NCBI RefSeq assembly: GCF_009834535.1
Contig: NC_045696.1
Span: 8,992,001-9,056,000, forward strand
Reading direction: 5' to 3'
Source: Camelus ferus
Taxonomy: Eukaryota
Length of the DNA stretch: 64,000 nt
This document shows, one piece after another, positions 22,816 to 36,289 of this stretch. The position numbers were made by a program, and so were the translations under genes. The notes beneath the pieces were generated by a model. It was not told the DNA's origin, did not search any database, and saw nothing but the letters and a program-made list of their open reading frames with translations. Positions within the stretch are counted from its first letter, which is position 1; each line of letters opens with the position of its first letter.

Positions 22816-25800
22816 AGAACCTTGACCTTCTGGATTCCTGAACTTTGTGGGGTATTCAGGGATCAGGGAGAGGAAAGGGCTCTGAGTTATTCACGAGGGA
22901 GGAGAACCAATCTGGAAAACAACAGGAGGCCCTGCAGATGACAGTGAAGGAGGGACTTAAGAGAGATGGTGGCTGCAGGGACTGGAGAGGGTCACGTCTA
23001 AGCTGGAAGCTGATGGCCTTTCATTCTTTCCCACGGAGAGCCGCCCCCCCCCCTTCTGCCTCTTCAGGAGACTTCACTAAGGACCGACCCGCCTCCCCGT
23101 TCTCTCCCCATCCAAGTCGCATCCCTTTCACATGCACAACTTTGAAGGGGGAAGTTGGGAGGGAAAGGCTAGTTAGACCAGGAACTAGGAGGGACGTGGG
23201 GATGAGCTCTGACCTCAGAGGGCTTGCCCTCAAGGATCTGTTGGAAGCTAATGCCAAGCAACTCTAACGCAGAATGAACACATTGCAGTGCAAGGTTGAA
23301 ACGACAATGAAAAGAGGTTGAAACTTGTGTAAGGAATCAAAGAGCTGAAGATGACTTCTGTGTGGTCCTGGGCAGCTGGGGTGGGGCGTGAGTGGAGTTT
23401 GGAGGGGTGCTGTCTGTGAGTGAGGAGCGGGGCCTGACGGCCTCTCCAGAAGCACTTTCTGTCTGGGTGACCCCTGTCCTGGGGCACCCATCAGTCTTGG
23501 ACAAACCAGGAGTTTGGTCAACTGACCTCTCTCAGTCAGCGAGAGCTATGGGTCCTGCCTGTTACGGTAGTGCTCCAGCCACCACGGCCACCACCACCAT
23601 GGAAGGCTCCCAGACCTCCCCTTCCTAAGTGATACAGTGGAAGACCCAATGCAAAGAATAGGAGTTCTGGAAGAAGAAGACAGTATCTGTGGAGGGAAGA
23701 CTTTAAAGCAATGAAAAAAAAACGAGAATTAAGTATCTCTTTGAAGCTAAGTAAGTGAGTCGGCTGGTCTACCTGGCACACATTGCTTGCGTGGTTTGGG
23801 GGTTGTCGTACGGAATTACGATTTTCTTCTTGATGCGTAGGTTAGCCTGCATTCCTGCGGGTAGAAGGCAGAGCCTCCCCTGGGCAGAAAGGCCACTTTC
23901 TGGCTTCAATCCCCAGAGGGCGGCATGGAAGCAGACAGAAGGCAGTTCCCAAGGAAGTGGGAGACAGTGCCATCTCTCTTACTTGTATGGTGTCTAGGCA
24001 GCTGTAGGGCTGAACCCCTCCCTCCTGTTGCAGTGTAAGGATGCAGCAGGTGGACTGTGAGTGGCTGGGAAACCAGCAGGTAGGCTGGAGTCACGCCGGG
24101 TTCCACTCACAGGGGCTGGGCCTGCAGCAGGGCCAGTCTCGTCACTCACGTTTTCATCATTTGTGACATTCTGTTTCCACTTTTCTTATCTTGTCTCACG
24201 GCCTTTAGGAAAGCCACTTTGAATGTTGCAAACTTATCTCAGATACTTCAAAATAGTTCAGCAGGGTACCAGAAGCCTCTTGGGTCAACAGGGACCCAGA
24301 CATGGCAGAAATAATCAGGAACATTCCCCTCACTAACCCCAAGGCAAAGAGTTGCAAAACTGGCAGGAGCCAAATCTCCCTAAAAGAAGATTCTTGGTGT
24401 AGAGTCTAACTGGGATAGTTCTGGGTTTAATTTTCCACTAAGGAAATGATTTTCTTTTATGCTTTACCAACTTCTGCCTAGTTTCTGGATAATGTAGCTT
24501 TGGATATGTATTTCCTCTGGGGTAGTATTTGGCAAATTGGTTTATCTTAAGCCACTGCGTTTGGAAAAGGACCGGTGTAGATTACATGCTAAGGCAGACA
24601 TGGGGCTCATCCACTTCCCAGTGGAAGGACAGGCCTATGGCCCTTCATACCCTGACCTATTGCTGCCTGCAACCTCTTCCTGGGGCCAAGCCTCCGATCT
24701 TGGCCAGAGCCATGAACAGCTGACCCCCTTGAATGAGAGTAACTTGAGAATGGGCAATGCAAGAAAAACTAGACTCGATGAGCAGTCCAGTTTGCATGGG
24801 CTCTGCCCACACTCTGGCCCACCTTCCGTCTCCTTCCCACCCAGGCACCCACGACATAATCTCTAGTGTCTTGCTGGGCCTGTGATGCAAGGGGGTGAAA
24901 AATGAGAAAATCAGGCAATCATTTGGATTTTATCACGTGGACATCCAGGTATCTGATATCCTGAGGGTGAAGACACTGATATCTCTAAGCCAGAAGATGT
25001 TTCTAGGTTCTTTCACATAAGCACCTTAAAATTTAACCTCAAAAAAGAGGATAGAATAGTTGTACATTTTGTGTCTTGTACTTGTGGAACCATAGAATGT
25101 TCCAGAACCATCTGACCCAACCTCCTGGTAGAACCATGTGCTGCTATACAGAAGAATCAGCAAAAGCTCCAACTTCTTCCAGGTCTCTTTCTCCCACATG
25201 TTGTTAAGGAACACTAACTGAGGTCATGAGCCAGGTTTGAGAAGAGTTTGGAAGTCCTTGGCCAGTGTGCACATGGAAGCAGCATCATTTTGGTGCCCTG
25301 CCCTGTTTTCCTGGGAAGTCTGAAGGTCTGAGTCCCTCACTCCTGCCGGTGGGTAGGCCAAGGAGAGATTTTTCCTGGACCAGCAAGGGTCGGGGAGATG
25401 AACTGAGCAGCTTCCAGCACAGGAATAGTCTTCTTCATGTAAACAGTGCTTCCTCCTTGTGCTGTGAGGATTCCCATGAAAATGTCAAGACTAAACTTAA
25501 ATCACACCAGACGAATTTGGGTTGAACATTTCGTCCAGGGGGTGAATTACTCCCTGAAGACCAGTTCAACAGCTAGACTGGAAGTTTGATACATCTCTAG
25601 GAAAGAAATATACCAAAAGATTAAATTTGGTTTAATTAAACCAAAAAAAAAAAAAACCCAAAAAACAAAAAACATAAGATCACCATCAACAGCAATAAAT
25701 CTTTCTGAAATTTCAGAAATCAGACTTTAGCATCTGCAGCTGTTCATTTTCACAGCCCTCTTAAGATTTATACCCACGGTTTTATTGTAATCATTAATCT

Positions 25801-26332
25801 GGATGATCTAAGATTATGTTATTGCCTTAAAGGCTAACGCGATGAAAAGATCAGGGCATGTAATGAAGTGCAAAAATTCATCCCACTTAAGAAAAGCAAT
25901 GCTTTGCTCCCAAGGGAAGACCAGACAGAAAAGGAGCTTTTTTCATGGAAGTTATTTGTTTTTGTTTAACATTCTGGATGGCAGGATAGGTCTGTGTCAC
26001 GTTCACACATCAATAGCGACAAAGGGCAATGGAGCAACAGAATTCCTTGGCACAGGACCTCACTTTCCAGGGGAATACCTCCTTAGTTTAATGAGATGCA
26101 TCAGTAGGTTACTCATCTAACCGAAGGGCATAGATAGGGAATTTTAATATTTAGAGTTGGTTTCAGAGGTAATCAACCCTAAAACAACCCTGGCTATTGA
26201 GGGCTGAGAAGCTTGGATCCACAGCACTTTGGGCTCAACCATCTTTCATCTTAAGGCCTTCCATATCTGCAGCTAAAATTCTGTTTGTTGTTTTAAAAAA
26301 TATCATTTTTTTTTCCTTTCTGAAATCATCGA

Positions 26333-26420
26333 TTTCTTTTTTATTGTGGTGAAATATACATAACCTAAGATTTACCATTTTAGCCATGTTTGAGCGTACA
26401 GCTAAGTGGCATTCAGTGCC
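26333..26420 (-). mobile_element. L1MA/MB extreme 3' end
   Basis: TTTTTATTGTGGTGAAATATACATAAC..TTTACCATTTTAGCCATGTTT..GTACAG..AGTGGCATT. Confidence 0.8.
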
Positions 26421-26571
26421 CCCACATGTTTCTTTCTTCATAACAAAGATTTAAATAAGTGTTAAGAAAGGAAATTGAGAAAGAAAATACATCTAGTATG
26501 GGTAATACAGGGAATCTAGGCACATGCTAGGTCACCACTGAGCTGGTGATAGGCAGCTAATTGCTAATTGG

Positions 26572-26770
26572 GAGACAGGAGATGGCACAGAATGTGCTCA
26601 AGAAACAGTTGTCCATTTAAACTAAGTTAATCAAAATATGGGGGGACTCTGTCCCAGAGCATGAAAGTCAGTATTTTCTGTGAACTAGCACCTAATGCTT
26701 TCTGGAAATAAGAGCACACACTGCTTCACCACTCGCTGTTGCTTTAACAGTACCATTTGACTCATTCTTC
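26572..26770 (+). repeat. local direct duplication, copy 1
   Basis: Aligns end to end with 27147-27346; about 22 differences in ~200 nt by manual count. Confidence 0.97.
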
Positions 26771-27146
26771 TGCCTTTTCAGATGTGCCAATATTTTTTCA
26801 TTCTTCTTTTCTATTAGCTCCCTGAAGGCAAGATTTAGGCTGTGTTCCCACTCATGGTGAGGCTCAAAAGTAGAAATAATTGACTAATTCTTAAAACTTT
26901 GAGGGCTCGTAAAAACCACAGAGATACGTTCCTTGCAGTTAATCATGTGGCCAATTGACGGCCAAGCTGGGATTAGGAAAGATGGTCGGGAAGAAAGTGA
27001 GTTTGTGGGCTCTGCTTGCGTCTCTAGCTGTAAACATGGACGGTAGAAGAGGAACCTGAGAACGAATTTTTGTCCTTCTCCCCAAGAGCAAACTGGGAAG
27101 TGAAGCTCCCGTTTGGGGTTAGTGATGTTGGAGGTCAGCGTGGACT

Positions 27147-27346
27147 GAGACAGGAGGCGGCACAGAATGTGCTCAAGAAACAGTTGTTCATTTAAACTGA
27201 AGTCAATCAAAACACGGGTGGACTCTACCCCAGGGCATGAAAGTCAATATTTTTTGTGAACTAACACCTTAGGCTTTCTGGAAATAAGTGTACACACTAC
27301 TTCACCACTCACTGTTGCCTTAATAGTACCATTTGACTCATTCTTC
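27147..27346 (+). repeat. local direct duplication, copy 2
   Basis: GAGACAGGAG...TTTGACTCATTCTTC shared with 26572-26770. Confidence 0.97.
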
Positions 27347-28489
27347 AAGCATTTGGAAACATTACACAAGGTTTGAGTTACAGTGAAGTGGGAAATGAAG
27401 ACTTGTTTGTACCAAGTGAAAGATGACAATGGATGCCCATTTTCAGCATATAATTGATGCTGAAACATGCCACGTCACTCCTGAGGCACGAACGCTTCAG
27501 AGCAGATGTCTCTGCAGGAAGGCACCCACTCGGCGTGGGGGAAGGAGCCCAGACGTAAGAACCGGTAGTCGCATGATCAAGGCTTGCCTCTGACACTAAT
27601 TGGTGGTGGAGGCTCGAACAAGGACATAAATTCAGTGGCTCTCAGCTCCCCTTAAAGTGAGGCCATGTGGGCGGCAAAGGTTGACTCCAGCTCCCACAGA
27701 GCATTGTGACATAAATCACACAGGAAAAAGCGGGGCCACGACTTTCCTTGTGCATATCCGTTACAGCCTAAAAACTTTCCGATTGAAAACGTCCTTGCCA
27801 AGACCATAGGGATGAGGGATCTATTGGGCCCATTTGTTATTTCACACCCAGAGCTGTCACTTGTCAACAAAGCCCCTAATACTCACAAGTGTCCTGAGTG
27901 CTATGAATCTCATAGCAGCTCTCTTAAATCACCTGTTTAACTCTATACCATTTCTTAATATGATATTCACTCTCTAGGTAACCAGCGTAATCAAATCAGG
28001 ACCAGCAGTACATTCATCACACGCAGTCAAGGGTCCAGTGTCCAACTTGGTCAACCAAATTTGTCCTGTCCCTTTCTAAAGGGCAGAATCACAACAGAAA
28101 AGCTCATAGGAAAAAAAAATCCAGCAAAGAAAAACAAAAATTTTCTTATACTGACACGCATTAGTCAGAGGGTTGGTGAAATGTGTAAATACTTCTATGC
28201 ATATTAAAGGCTGCTTAATGAAAACTGTCCCCTGTGCATGTTTATCCTTTAGCAGAATTTTAAAAGTAAATCTCAGTGTGTTTCATTTTCTCTTTATTTA
28301 TTTTTTTTCATTTTCTGGTTTTAGAATTTAGCAGCACTTCTGTACAGAGATGCGCTCCGTGGCTGTTTCGATAAACTGCCCTGTACCCTGGTCAGTATCT
28401 TTCCACTGTGTTGACGCAGTTCACATCCCCTCTACTGTACCTCTCTGCTCTGGCTTGCACTTTTCAGAATGCTTTAGGAGCAAAATATT

Positions 28490-28730
28490 GTTTAAGGGTA
28501 TAGGTACTTGTCATGAATAGTAAATAGGACATGGAGATACAGTGCACAAGATAATGAATGTAGACAACAGTATTGTACTGTAATTATTCCGTGTGATAGA
28601 GGTGCTAAATACTGCTACAATGACATCATATTACAAAGTATAAATGTATCAAATGAATGTGTTGCACATCTTAGATTTACACAATGTTACATGTTAAAAA
28701 TGTTCAATAAAATAAAATCAAAAATAATTT
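28490..28730 (+). mobile_element. L1MA-type 3' end
   Basis: GTATAAATGTATCAAAT..GTTGCACATCTTAGATTTACACAATGTTACATGT..CAATAAAA. Confidence 0.8.
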
Positions 28731-29039
28731 CAGCAGGTGTTTTTAATATCCTTGAGGGGAAATACGCTCTCCATGTCACTCCAAAGCTGCTTTGCCCACG
28801 AAACATCCCACCCAGAGTCTCCTCTTCATGTCAGTCCCTGCAAAAAAGATGTGACTGACCCCAATGCTAACAGCCCCTGGGATATGGTAGTGGTGAAAAA
28901 GAACAGCAGAGGCCAAGAACTTACTTTTTTTTTTCCCAATTCAATTTCAGTTTCCTGAGGGGCTGAATTTTGGAAGATGGAAAATAAAAGATCATCTATT
29001 TCGAGACGCTAAGGGAAACAACTGTCACAGAGAGCCCTC

Positions 29040-29235
29040 AGCTTTACAGATGTCTCATTTAACTCTCAGTATTTCTATAAGTGCTATTTTATTGTGCCCA
29101 CTTTACAGATGAGGAAACTGAGGCACAGAGAGGTTAAGTAGATTGCCCTAAGTCACACAGCCAGCAAGAAGTAGAGGCAGGATGCTAACGCTTAGGCAGA
29201 CTAGCTGGAGAGCGCATGCTCTTTATCACCATGCT
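29040..29235 (-). mobile_element. MIR SINE
   Basis: Near-perfect core TTTACAGATGAGGAAACTGAGGCACAGAGAGGTTAAGT. Confidence 0.92.
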
Positions 29236-29739
29236 TTGTTCTGCTCCAAGAGACCCTATGCCCCCGGAGGGCAGGTGGAGGGAAAAGAGAAGCCTCTGTA
29301 ACGTACCTCATAGGGAGTTTCCATGTGTGCCCTCTCTGGGCTTTTTAAATGGGTCCCCTGACGATATCCCACATTTCAGTGTGGCCCCCAACCTTCAGTC
29401 ATTCCTCCCTGAGCAGGAAAAACTCCCCCCAGTTTGGTTTTCTCCTTCAAGTTTGGTGGATCTTGGTAAGAAGCACCCTCAGACCCAGCCTTTGATTACC
29501 TCACTGTCAGCAGTGGGCTCCGCCAATCAGCGCCCTTCCTGCAAGTCAGACCGAGCCTGCGGCCCTCAGTGTGGCCCCCAAGCTGCGGTTCTGCCCCGAG
29601 TCCCAGCTCTCCTCCCCTTCTCAACTCTCTTCCTCCCCTCTAAGCTCTCTTCCCCCAGCCTTTGCTGTCCCAGTCTGTAAGGGGATAAGGCCCCACACTC
29701 CTCATCTGTGTGGCACGTGTGTGTGTGCACATATATGTG

Positions 29740-29885
29740 TATACATTGCTGACTTTGGGATCCAGACAATTCGTCTTGGGCATGTAGGATGTTAGCAGCC
29801 TGATCTCTGCCTGAAAGATGCCGTCAGCCCCCTCTCTCCATTGTGACACCTCTAAGTGTCTCCAGACATTGCAAAATAATCCACA
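29740..29885. mobile_element. MER20 (hAT-Charlie)
   Basis: GCATGTAGGATGTTAGCAGC..TTGTGACA..TGTCTCCAGACATTGC. Confidence 0.8.
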
Positions 29886-30815
29886 ATCTAAAACCTCTGG
29901 GCTAGATTTAAACCTCAGTTCCTGCCGTGACGCATTTGAGCCCTTCCCCTGCCTGCTGCACCGCCCTTCTCTGCCCCATCCTCCGTCTTGGACCCCACTG
30001 TCCATGAGCATGTGTCCCTGGTGACCACAGCGTCACACTCCAGTCCTGAGCCCCATTTGGTCCCCCACATTGCAGTCTACCCCCAGACTGGGAAACCAGG
30101 GCTACCCAGTTCCAGAGTTGACAGGACTGTTGGACCCCTTGGACGCCGGGTCTCTCCCATCTACTGGCATCTCTGGAGTCCGATTCCAAAGCACACGCAC
30201 TTCTCCCAGCCTCTGTGTGCAGGTGTCATCCTTGATCCTGATTCTGCCTTGAAAGAGCCACCATCCTTCTTGAGCTATGAGAGGATTATGAGCTCAGGGA
30301 CAAACAACCAGCTCTGTGGCTTGGCGTTAACTTCTTGGTGCCAAAAATGTCAGGGCGGAGCACCCGGGGAAGAACAGGTAAATGACCCCACCCTCCAGCT
30401 TTGAAGAGCGTGAATCTGAGCAGAACACCCATGGGGGGCAGCCAACCTGATGGAGGCAACAGCTCACTTTTGTGTGCCTACCTCACAAAACCACAAAATG
30501 ACTGATAAAGTACTTCATAAAGTTCAGAGGAAAACGTAAACCATCAATGTTGTAATTTGAATGATTTTGCTCTGACAGAGCGCAGCTGCTGTACACAGTT
30601 TAATTCAGAACAGGTATCTACAAGGGTATTTCAAAACCGAATGTCATGGTCTCCTGCATGGTTGAGGCCTCTTGCAGTCCCCACTGTGGGGTGACCCCCA
30701 GAGAGTAACCAGCTCATGGGGGCTGCCAGACTCCACGGGACACGTGGGGACAGCACCTTGGGAGGTTTGGGCTCAGGGGTTTGTACCCGTTAGGACACAT
30801 TTGTATGCTGGACAA

Positions 30816-31572
30816 TGTGACGGCTAATTTTATGCCTCATGAGATGCCCAGACATTTGGCCAAACGCCGTTCTGGGTGTGTCTGGGGGAATGTCTCTGGG
30901 TGAGACGAGCACTGGGGAGACTGAGTAAAGCAGACTGCTCTCCCTCACCTGGGTGGCTCGCATCCAGTCAGCCATAAACTGAGTGTTTGTGTTCCCCTGC
31001 AGAATCCATACGTTGAAATCCTAGCCCTCAATGTGACATTAGAAGGTGAGCCCTTTGGGGGTGACTAGGTCAGGAAAGTGAAGCCTCCCGGATGGGATTT
31101 GTGCCCTCATCAAAGAGACCCAAGGTGTCCCTTCCACCATGTGAGGACATGGCGAGAAGAGGACTGTCTGTGAACCAGAAGCAGGTCCTCACCAGACCTG
31201 CCAGGGCCTTGACCTTGGACTCCCCAGCCTCCAGAACTGTAAGAAATTCTTGTCTGTTGTTTAAGTCACTCAGTCCACGGTATTCTGTTACAGCAGCTTG
31301 AACGGATTAAGACACAACCAATTGAACATCTGAACTGACTGCTGCCGGACTGTGTAGCGGGGCCACTGGTCTTATCCCGCCTTCAGACTCAAACTGAAAA
31401 ATCAGATCTTTTTGGGTTGCAAGCCTGCCAGCTTTCAGACTTGAACTCCACCACCAGCTCTTCTGAGTCCCCAGCTTGCCAGCTGCAGATCTTGGGACCT
31501 AACCTCCACTGTCACATCAGCCAATTCCTTATAATAAAGGTCCTGTTTCTCTGGAGAACTCTGATGAGTATG
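30816..31572 (+). mobile_element. MLT2 (MLT2D-like) LTR split by an MLT1A0 insertion
   Basis: 5' TGTGACGGCTAATTTTATG..GCCCAGACATTTGGCCAAAC..GACTGAGTAAAGCAGA; 3' GCAGATCTTGGGAC..AGCCAATTCCTTATAATAAA..CTGTTTCTCTGGAGAAC. Confidence 0.85.
30970..31314 (+). mobile_element. MaLR LTR, MLT1A0-like (nested)
   Basis: GTTGAAATCCTAGCCCTCAATGTG..CCATGTGAGGACA..CCAGCCTCCAGAACTGTAAGAAA..GATTAAGACA end. Confidence 0.9.
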
Positions 31573-31939
31573 GACAAGGCACATGGTGCCAAGACTGTGA
31601 ACAAAGAGTGCATGAGAAGTGAAATCACGTTTCAGTCATGCTACTAACCATTGGCTCTCTCTAGACATGGCAGAATGTGCTTGATACAATTGGCCAAGCT
31701 TCCAAGAACCTGAGACAAATGACGTTCATTTCACCCGAAGTTGGGTGAAGGTAAACTTCACAAAAGAAAGAAAGAACAAAAGGTCAGGTTCAGTAAGAGA
31801 GTGCTTGGTGTTCTTAGCAAATATCAGTACTAGATTTAATCATCAAGTAACTCCAGAGAGCTGGATGACACACAAAAATAAAAATAATGACCAAGATAAT
31901 AATATAGACCTTAACCTATTAAATCTTTATTAAAATGCT

Positions 31940-32625
31940 TTTTATTACTAAATTAATAAATGTATGCTGTAGGAATTTCCAAAATGATGTGTAAGCAAAG
32001 CAAAAGGGAAGATCATATCTTCCACGATTCCATGACCTAAAGATAACCATAGTTGGCATTTGGTACTTCATTCGAGTCCCACCGCCCCTCATCAGTGTGC
32101 AGGCACATGTATGTACACATACATGTATAAAAGATCAGACCATATACACTTTTAGCATAATATTTTTTAAATGTTTATTTAACCTGTATCATGGACATCT
32201 TTGCGTATTATTAGACATACACTTATCACACTAACTGTCACCATGATTGCATGAGAATCAATCCCAGGTCTGCAGCCCTCAGTGGTAGCTGCCGGGCTGC
32301 CCAGTGACCCCCGAGACCAGCTCTCCATCCCCCCTTGCACATTCCTCTCCTGCCCCCTGAGCTGGTTACCTGAGCTGCTGAGAACATTCTTATACACACA
32401 CTTCCTCCGTCTTTGACAGAACTGTGTTGGCAGGTTAAATGCCTAGAAGTAGAATTATGGGGTCAGGGACTGGAGGTTTTTGAGACAAGCTGCTAAATTG
32501 CCTTCTAGAAGATTCTATCAACCCACAACCCTTCCAAGCAGTGTGTGTGCCACTGTCTCCCCATCGCGAGGGCAGTAAACGCTTGTCTTCATGCATTAAA
32601 GGGTGCTCCCTTGAGCTGCGCATTT
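31940..32625 (-). mobile_element. degenerate L1ME fragments
   Basis: AAATGCCTAGAAGTAGAATTATGGGGTCAGGG, CTAAATTGCCTTCTAGAAG. Confidence 0.55.
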
Positions 32626-33246
32626 AACAGTTTGGAACCAATTAGGGGTATTTTACTCAGATTTTTTTTTCCTTAGAGAGCTATGCCTTCCTTCATCTTG
32701 CAGTTTTTGGCAGCAATGATCATCTTTTCAGCCAAATTGAGCCAAAGAAGCAAGCAAATGAGATACACCAATAAGGAAAGCATTCCTGGCGTATTTCCTC
32801 TGTTCATGCACGGTGCCCATACAGTCAGCCCTAACCTTCTTTGCTCAGAGTGTTCATGTAAGTTCCCAGGACAGATACCTTAATATCTGTGATCTCTGTT
32901 TTTTTAAGCATGTCTTTGCTGATTATAATGATCACCTAAGCCCTTATGATCCTTCACAAGGTAGCAGGAAGTAGAAGATAGAACGTGAATCTCAGAAGCA
33001 GACCATGTGTCCATGACCCGGATCCGTCCCACTGCCCTGGGTGGCTCATCAAGGCCCACGTGAGCCTAACTTTCCTCGCCTTTAAATTGGAGTGGTGTCT
33101 AGCCTCCCTGAAACTAGGAAAAGGAGCCTGTCTCACACTGTTGTCAGCATTCAATAAGATCAAGACATGCAAACATTTACAAAAAAGTTATCCCTTAATA
33201 TTAAATTTGCAATGACATAGTTAAACAGAGTGGAATCACCGAACTC

Positions 33247-33629
33247 TGTATGAATTTGCTAAGGAGGCCAGAATGAAGTGCCACTGACTGGGTGGCTGAA
33301 ATAGTGAGAGATGTAGCGTCTCACGGTTCTGAAGGCTGGATGCCCAAGATGAAGGTGTTGTCAACAGGGTTGGTCCTTCCTGAGTGCAATCTCCTTGGTT
33401 TGCTGATGAACGTTTTCTCCCTGTATCGTCTCATGACTTTCCCTCCCTGCATGTCTCTGTGTCTAAATATCCTTTTTATAAGGACAGGAGTCATATTGAA
33501 TTGTGACCCACCCTAATGACTTCATTTTACCTTGATTACCTCTGCAAAGAACCCTGTCTTCAGATCACATTCTGAGGTACTAGGACTTCAGTGTATGAGT
33601 TTTGAGGGGACACAGTTCAGCCCATCACA
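33247..33629 (-). mobile_element. MaLR LTR, MLT1B-like
   Basis: TGTATGAATTTGCT..CTCACGGTTCTGAAGGCTGG..TATAAGGACA..CACATTCTGAGGTACT..GGGGACACAGTTCAGCCCATCACA. Confidence 0.9.
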
Positions 33630-35789
33630 ATCTCTGGAACTCAAAAGAAGCCTAGTGGTCCTATAGCATAATAACCTTCAGTCACTGGGGAGAGAGGGCA
33701 GAGGTGCAGGTGCCCCACCAGGGACCCCAAGGAAAGCTGTAGCAAATGCAGGAATCAATCTTCCTTGATGAGGAAACGAATTATTAACTCAGTTCCTCAC
33801 AATTCAGTTCACTTTTATTTCCTCGTGCACACAAGCACACAACAGTTTTAAAGACAGATTCAGAATCTTCTCAGTGAATGAAGGTAAGAGGGGTGAGCTG
33901 ACACCTGTCCTCGCACACCAACTGCCAACGCTCAGAGAGGGCAAAGGAAGGTTTCACCGCAGCCCAGCTATAAGGAGAAAGCCATTTCTGGCTCAGGTCA
34001 GAAAACATAGTGTCAGATTATTGTGTTTAAACTTGAGTGTATTAAAGTGCTACATCTAAATATGAATTTAAAAAATCCACACTTAGGTCAAGATTGGGAG
34101 GCAGGAGGTTAAATTTTATAGATCGTCTTCTATGTGGCAGATACGGTGTTCAGTGCTTTCCAGAACTCAATTCAGTTCAATATATGTGCATTTTAAGTCA
34201 TTTAACATTTTTGAATTATCTTCCTCAATGCTTGTGTCTACCCACAAGAAAGCTAAAGGCTGCCTCTTCATATGAGAAGGTGGAAGGATGAGTAATTTTT
34301 CCCCTAGACTGGACTCCCACTGTTGGGGAACCCAGTCAAGTCTTCAGACTCCTTTGTCCCTTGGGCTTTTTTGCCTGAAAAATGGGGCTAATTGGCTCTG
34401 TGTTCTTTCATCTCCTACTAAACGAGGAGATAATTCTACCAAGGGCTCTGAGTCAACGGGATAATTCCTGATATGAGCACGGCCAGTAAAATGACTAGGG
34501 TTACTCTGCATTGTTTCCTACAGGTCCAGTCTCCAGGAAAACTCTGTAGAAAGTTTAGTGTGGCTGAAAAATGTGGAGTGAGAATCAGAAGTCAAAAAAC
34601 ATGAAGGAAATGGAGATAGACCTTTTCTCAATGCTAATATGGAAAACCTACAGTATGTTTTAAACAAGGAGACTTGGGAAACTTTTCCTTGAACTTGATG
34701 TAAGCTGTCATGATGGGGACTTGAGAATGAAACAGATTAGGTACTAATTTACCAACCTTACCAATTTCTGGAAATGAACATGCTGGATTCCAAGGGTGGA
34801 GAATCTCCAACCAGGTTACCAGAATCAAAGGGATGATCTCAGCTTCTAACACCATCCTTTACACCTTCCAGCTGGAGACCAACCAAGTCAGTGACTCACA
34901 GAAAAATCCAGTGTGGACATCTCTGCCCCAGTGACTCGGGCAGATGCAGATGGAGCCTTGGGAATGGTTAAAACACTATGTCCAAATGCGGGCAAGGCGA
35001 GGGTGGAGCAGTTCCCACCATCATTTCTCAGGCACTCTTGATATTCGTCCTCCAAACAAAAGCAACTTGTGTCATCCAGAAGCCTTCCGTTCTCCGTGAC
35101 ACGTACTGGGTATTTTCTTGGAGAGCTGCTCTCAGCGGGGATTGGTTGAAGCTGGAAACATGCTTTCCCCTTCGGGCTGATGAGTAGGTGAGTAGGTGCG
35201 TGGGGGCTGGAGATTGAGGTTACAAATAAAAAAGAAAGAATTATGGCTTCATTTGCGCCTACATCTCTCTATATATATTACTCACCTTTTCCACATCACC
35301 CTCAACTCACGCATATAATGTCAAGTTCATCACAGCCCCTTATTTCCGAGGGTCTGGGTGGCTCTCATCCTTGCCCATGGATTCTCTTGTGCTTGTAATT
35401 GTAATTTCCAGGATATACTGAGTCTGTCTCTGCATACCTTGCTCATATAGTACGCCTTCTTCTTTAGTTCCCTTGTCTCATGTATATGTATTTTATTTAT
35501 GTATACATATATAATATATATAATATACAGTATGTATATATATATAATAGCTTCCCAATATGTCTCCCTGGGTAACAGACCCTGGGGCTCGTTTGGAAAG
35601 CATCCCTGACTTCTCTGCTCCCTTATTATTTCAGTTCTGATTTTTGCTAGGTACCAACCAGAAAGCTCTTGACATCCACAAATGAAATGTACACCCTTGG
35701 CTGAGGGATGAATCTGTGACTCACAACTGGCCACAAGATGTGGAGAAATGCCTGCTGGGGACTTCTGAGAAAAATGTTTTGATCCCTGA

Positions 35790-36254
35790 TTATGGTGAAC
35801 TGAATTGTGCACCTCAAATATATATTCAAGTCCTGACCTCAGTACCTCTGAGGTGACCTTGTTTGGAAATAGTCTTTGCAGATAATCAAGTTAAAATGAG
35901 GTCATACCGGATCAGAGAGAGCCCTAAACGCAAGGACTGGTGTCTTTATAAAGAGAAAGGAGAGGGAGATTTGGGCATACAGGTGCAGAGAAGAGACACA
36001 CAGGGAAGAAGGCCATGTGATGACACAGGCAGAAATTGAAGTGATGTAGCTACAAGCCAAGGAATGCCAAGGAGTGCTGTCAATCCCCAGACGTTAGGAA
36101 GAGGTAAGAAAGGACCCTCTCCTAGAGCCTTCAGAGGGAACATGGCCCCCTGAATGCTTGTTTTCAGACACCTGAGCCCCAGAACTGTAAGAGAGCACAC
36201 TTCTGTTATTTCAAACCACCAATTTTGCTAGGGCAGCCCTGGCAAATTAAGACA
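35790..36254 (+). mobile_element. MaLR LTR, MLT1C-like
   Basis: GTGACCTTGTTTGGAAATAG..GTTAAAATGAGGTCATAC..CTACAAGCCAAGGAATGCCAAGG..CTAGAGCCTTCAGAGGGA..TAAGACA. Confidence 0.9.
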
Positions 36255-36289
36255 CTGATTAATTTCACAGTGTTCTCTGTGTCGTGACA

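Noticed and set aside
26572..27346. Duplication as paired LTRs or a CRISPR-like array
   Set aside because: No TG..CA ends, PBS/PPT or TSD; only two long copies; eukaryotic context.
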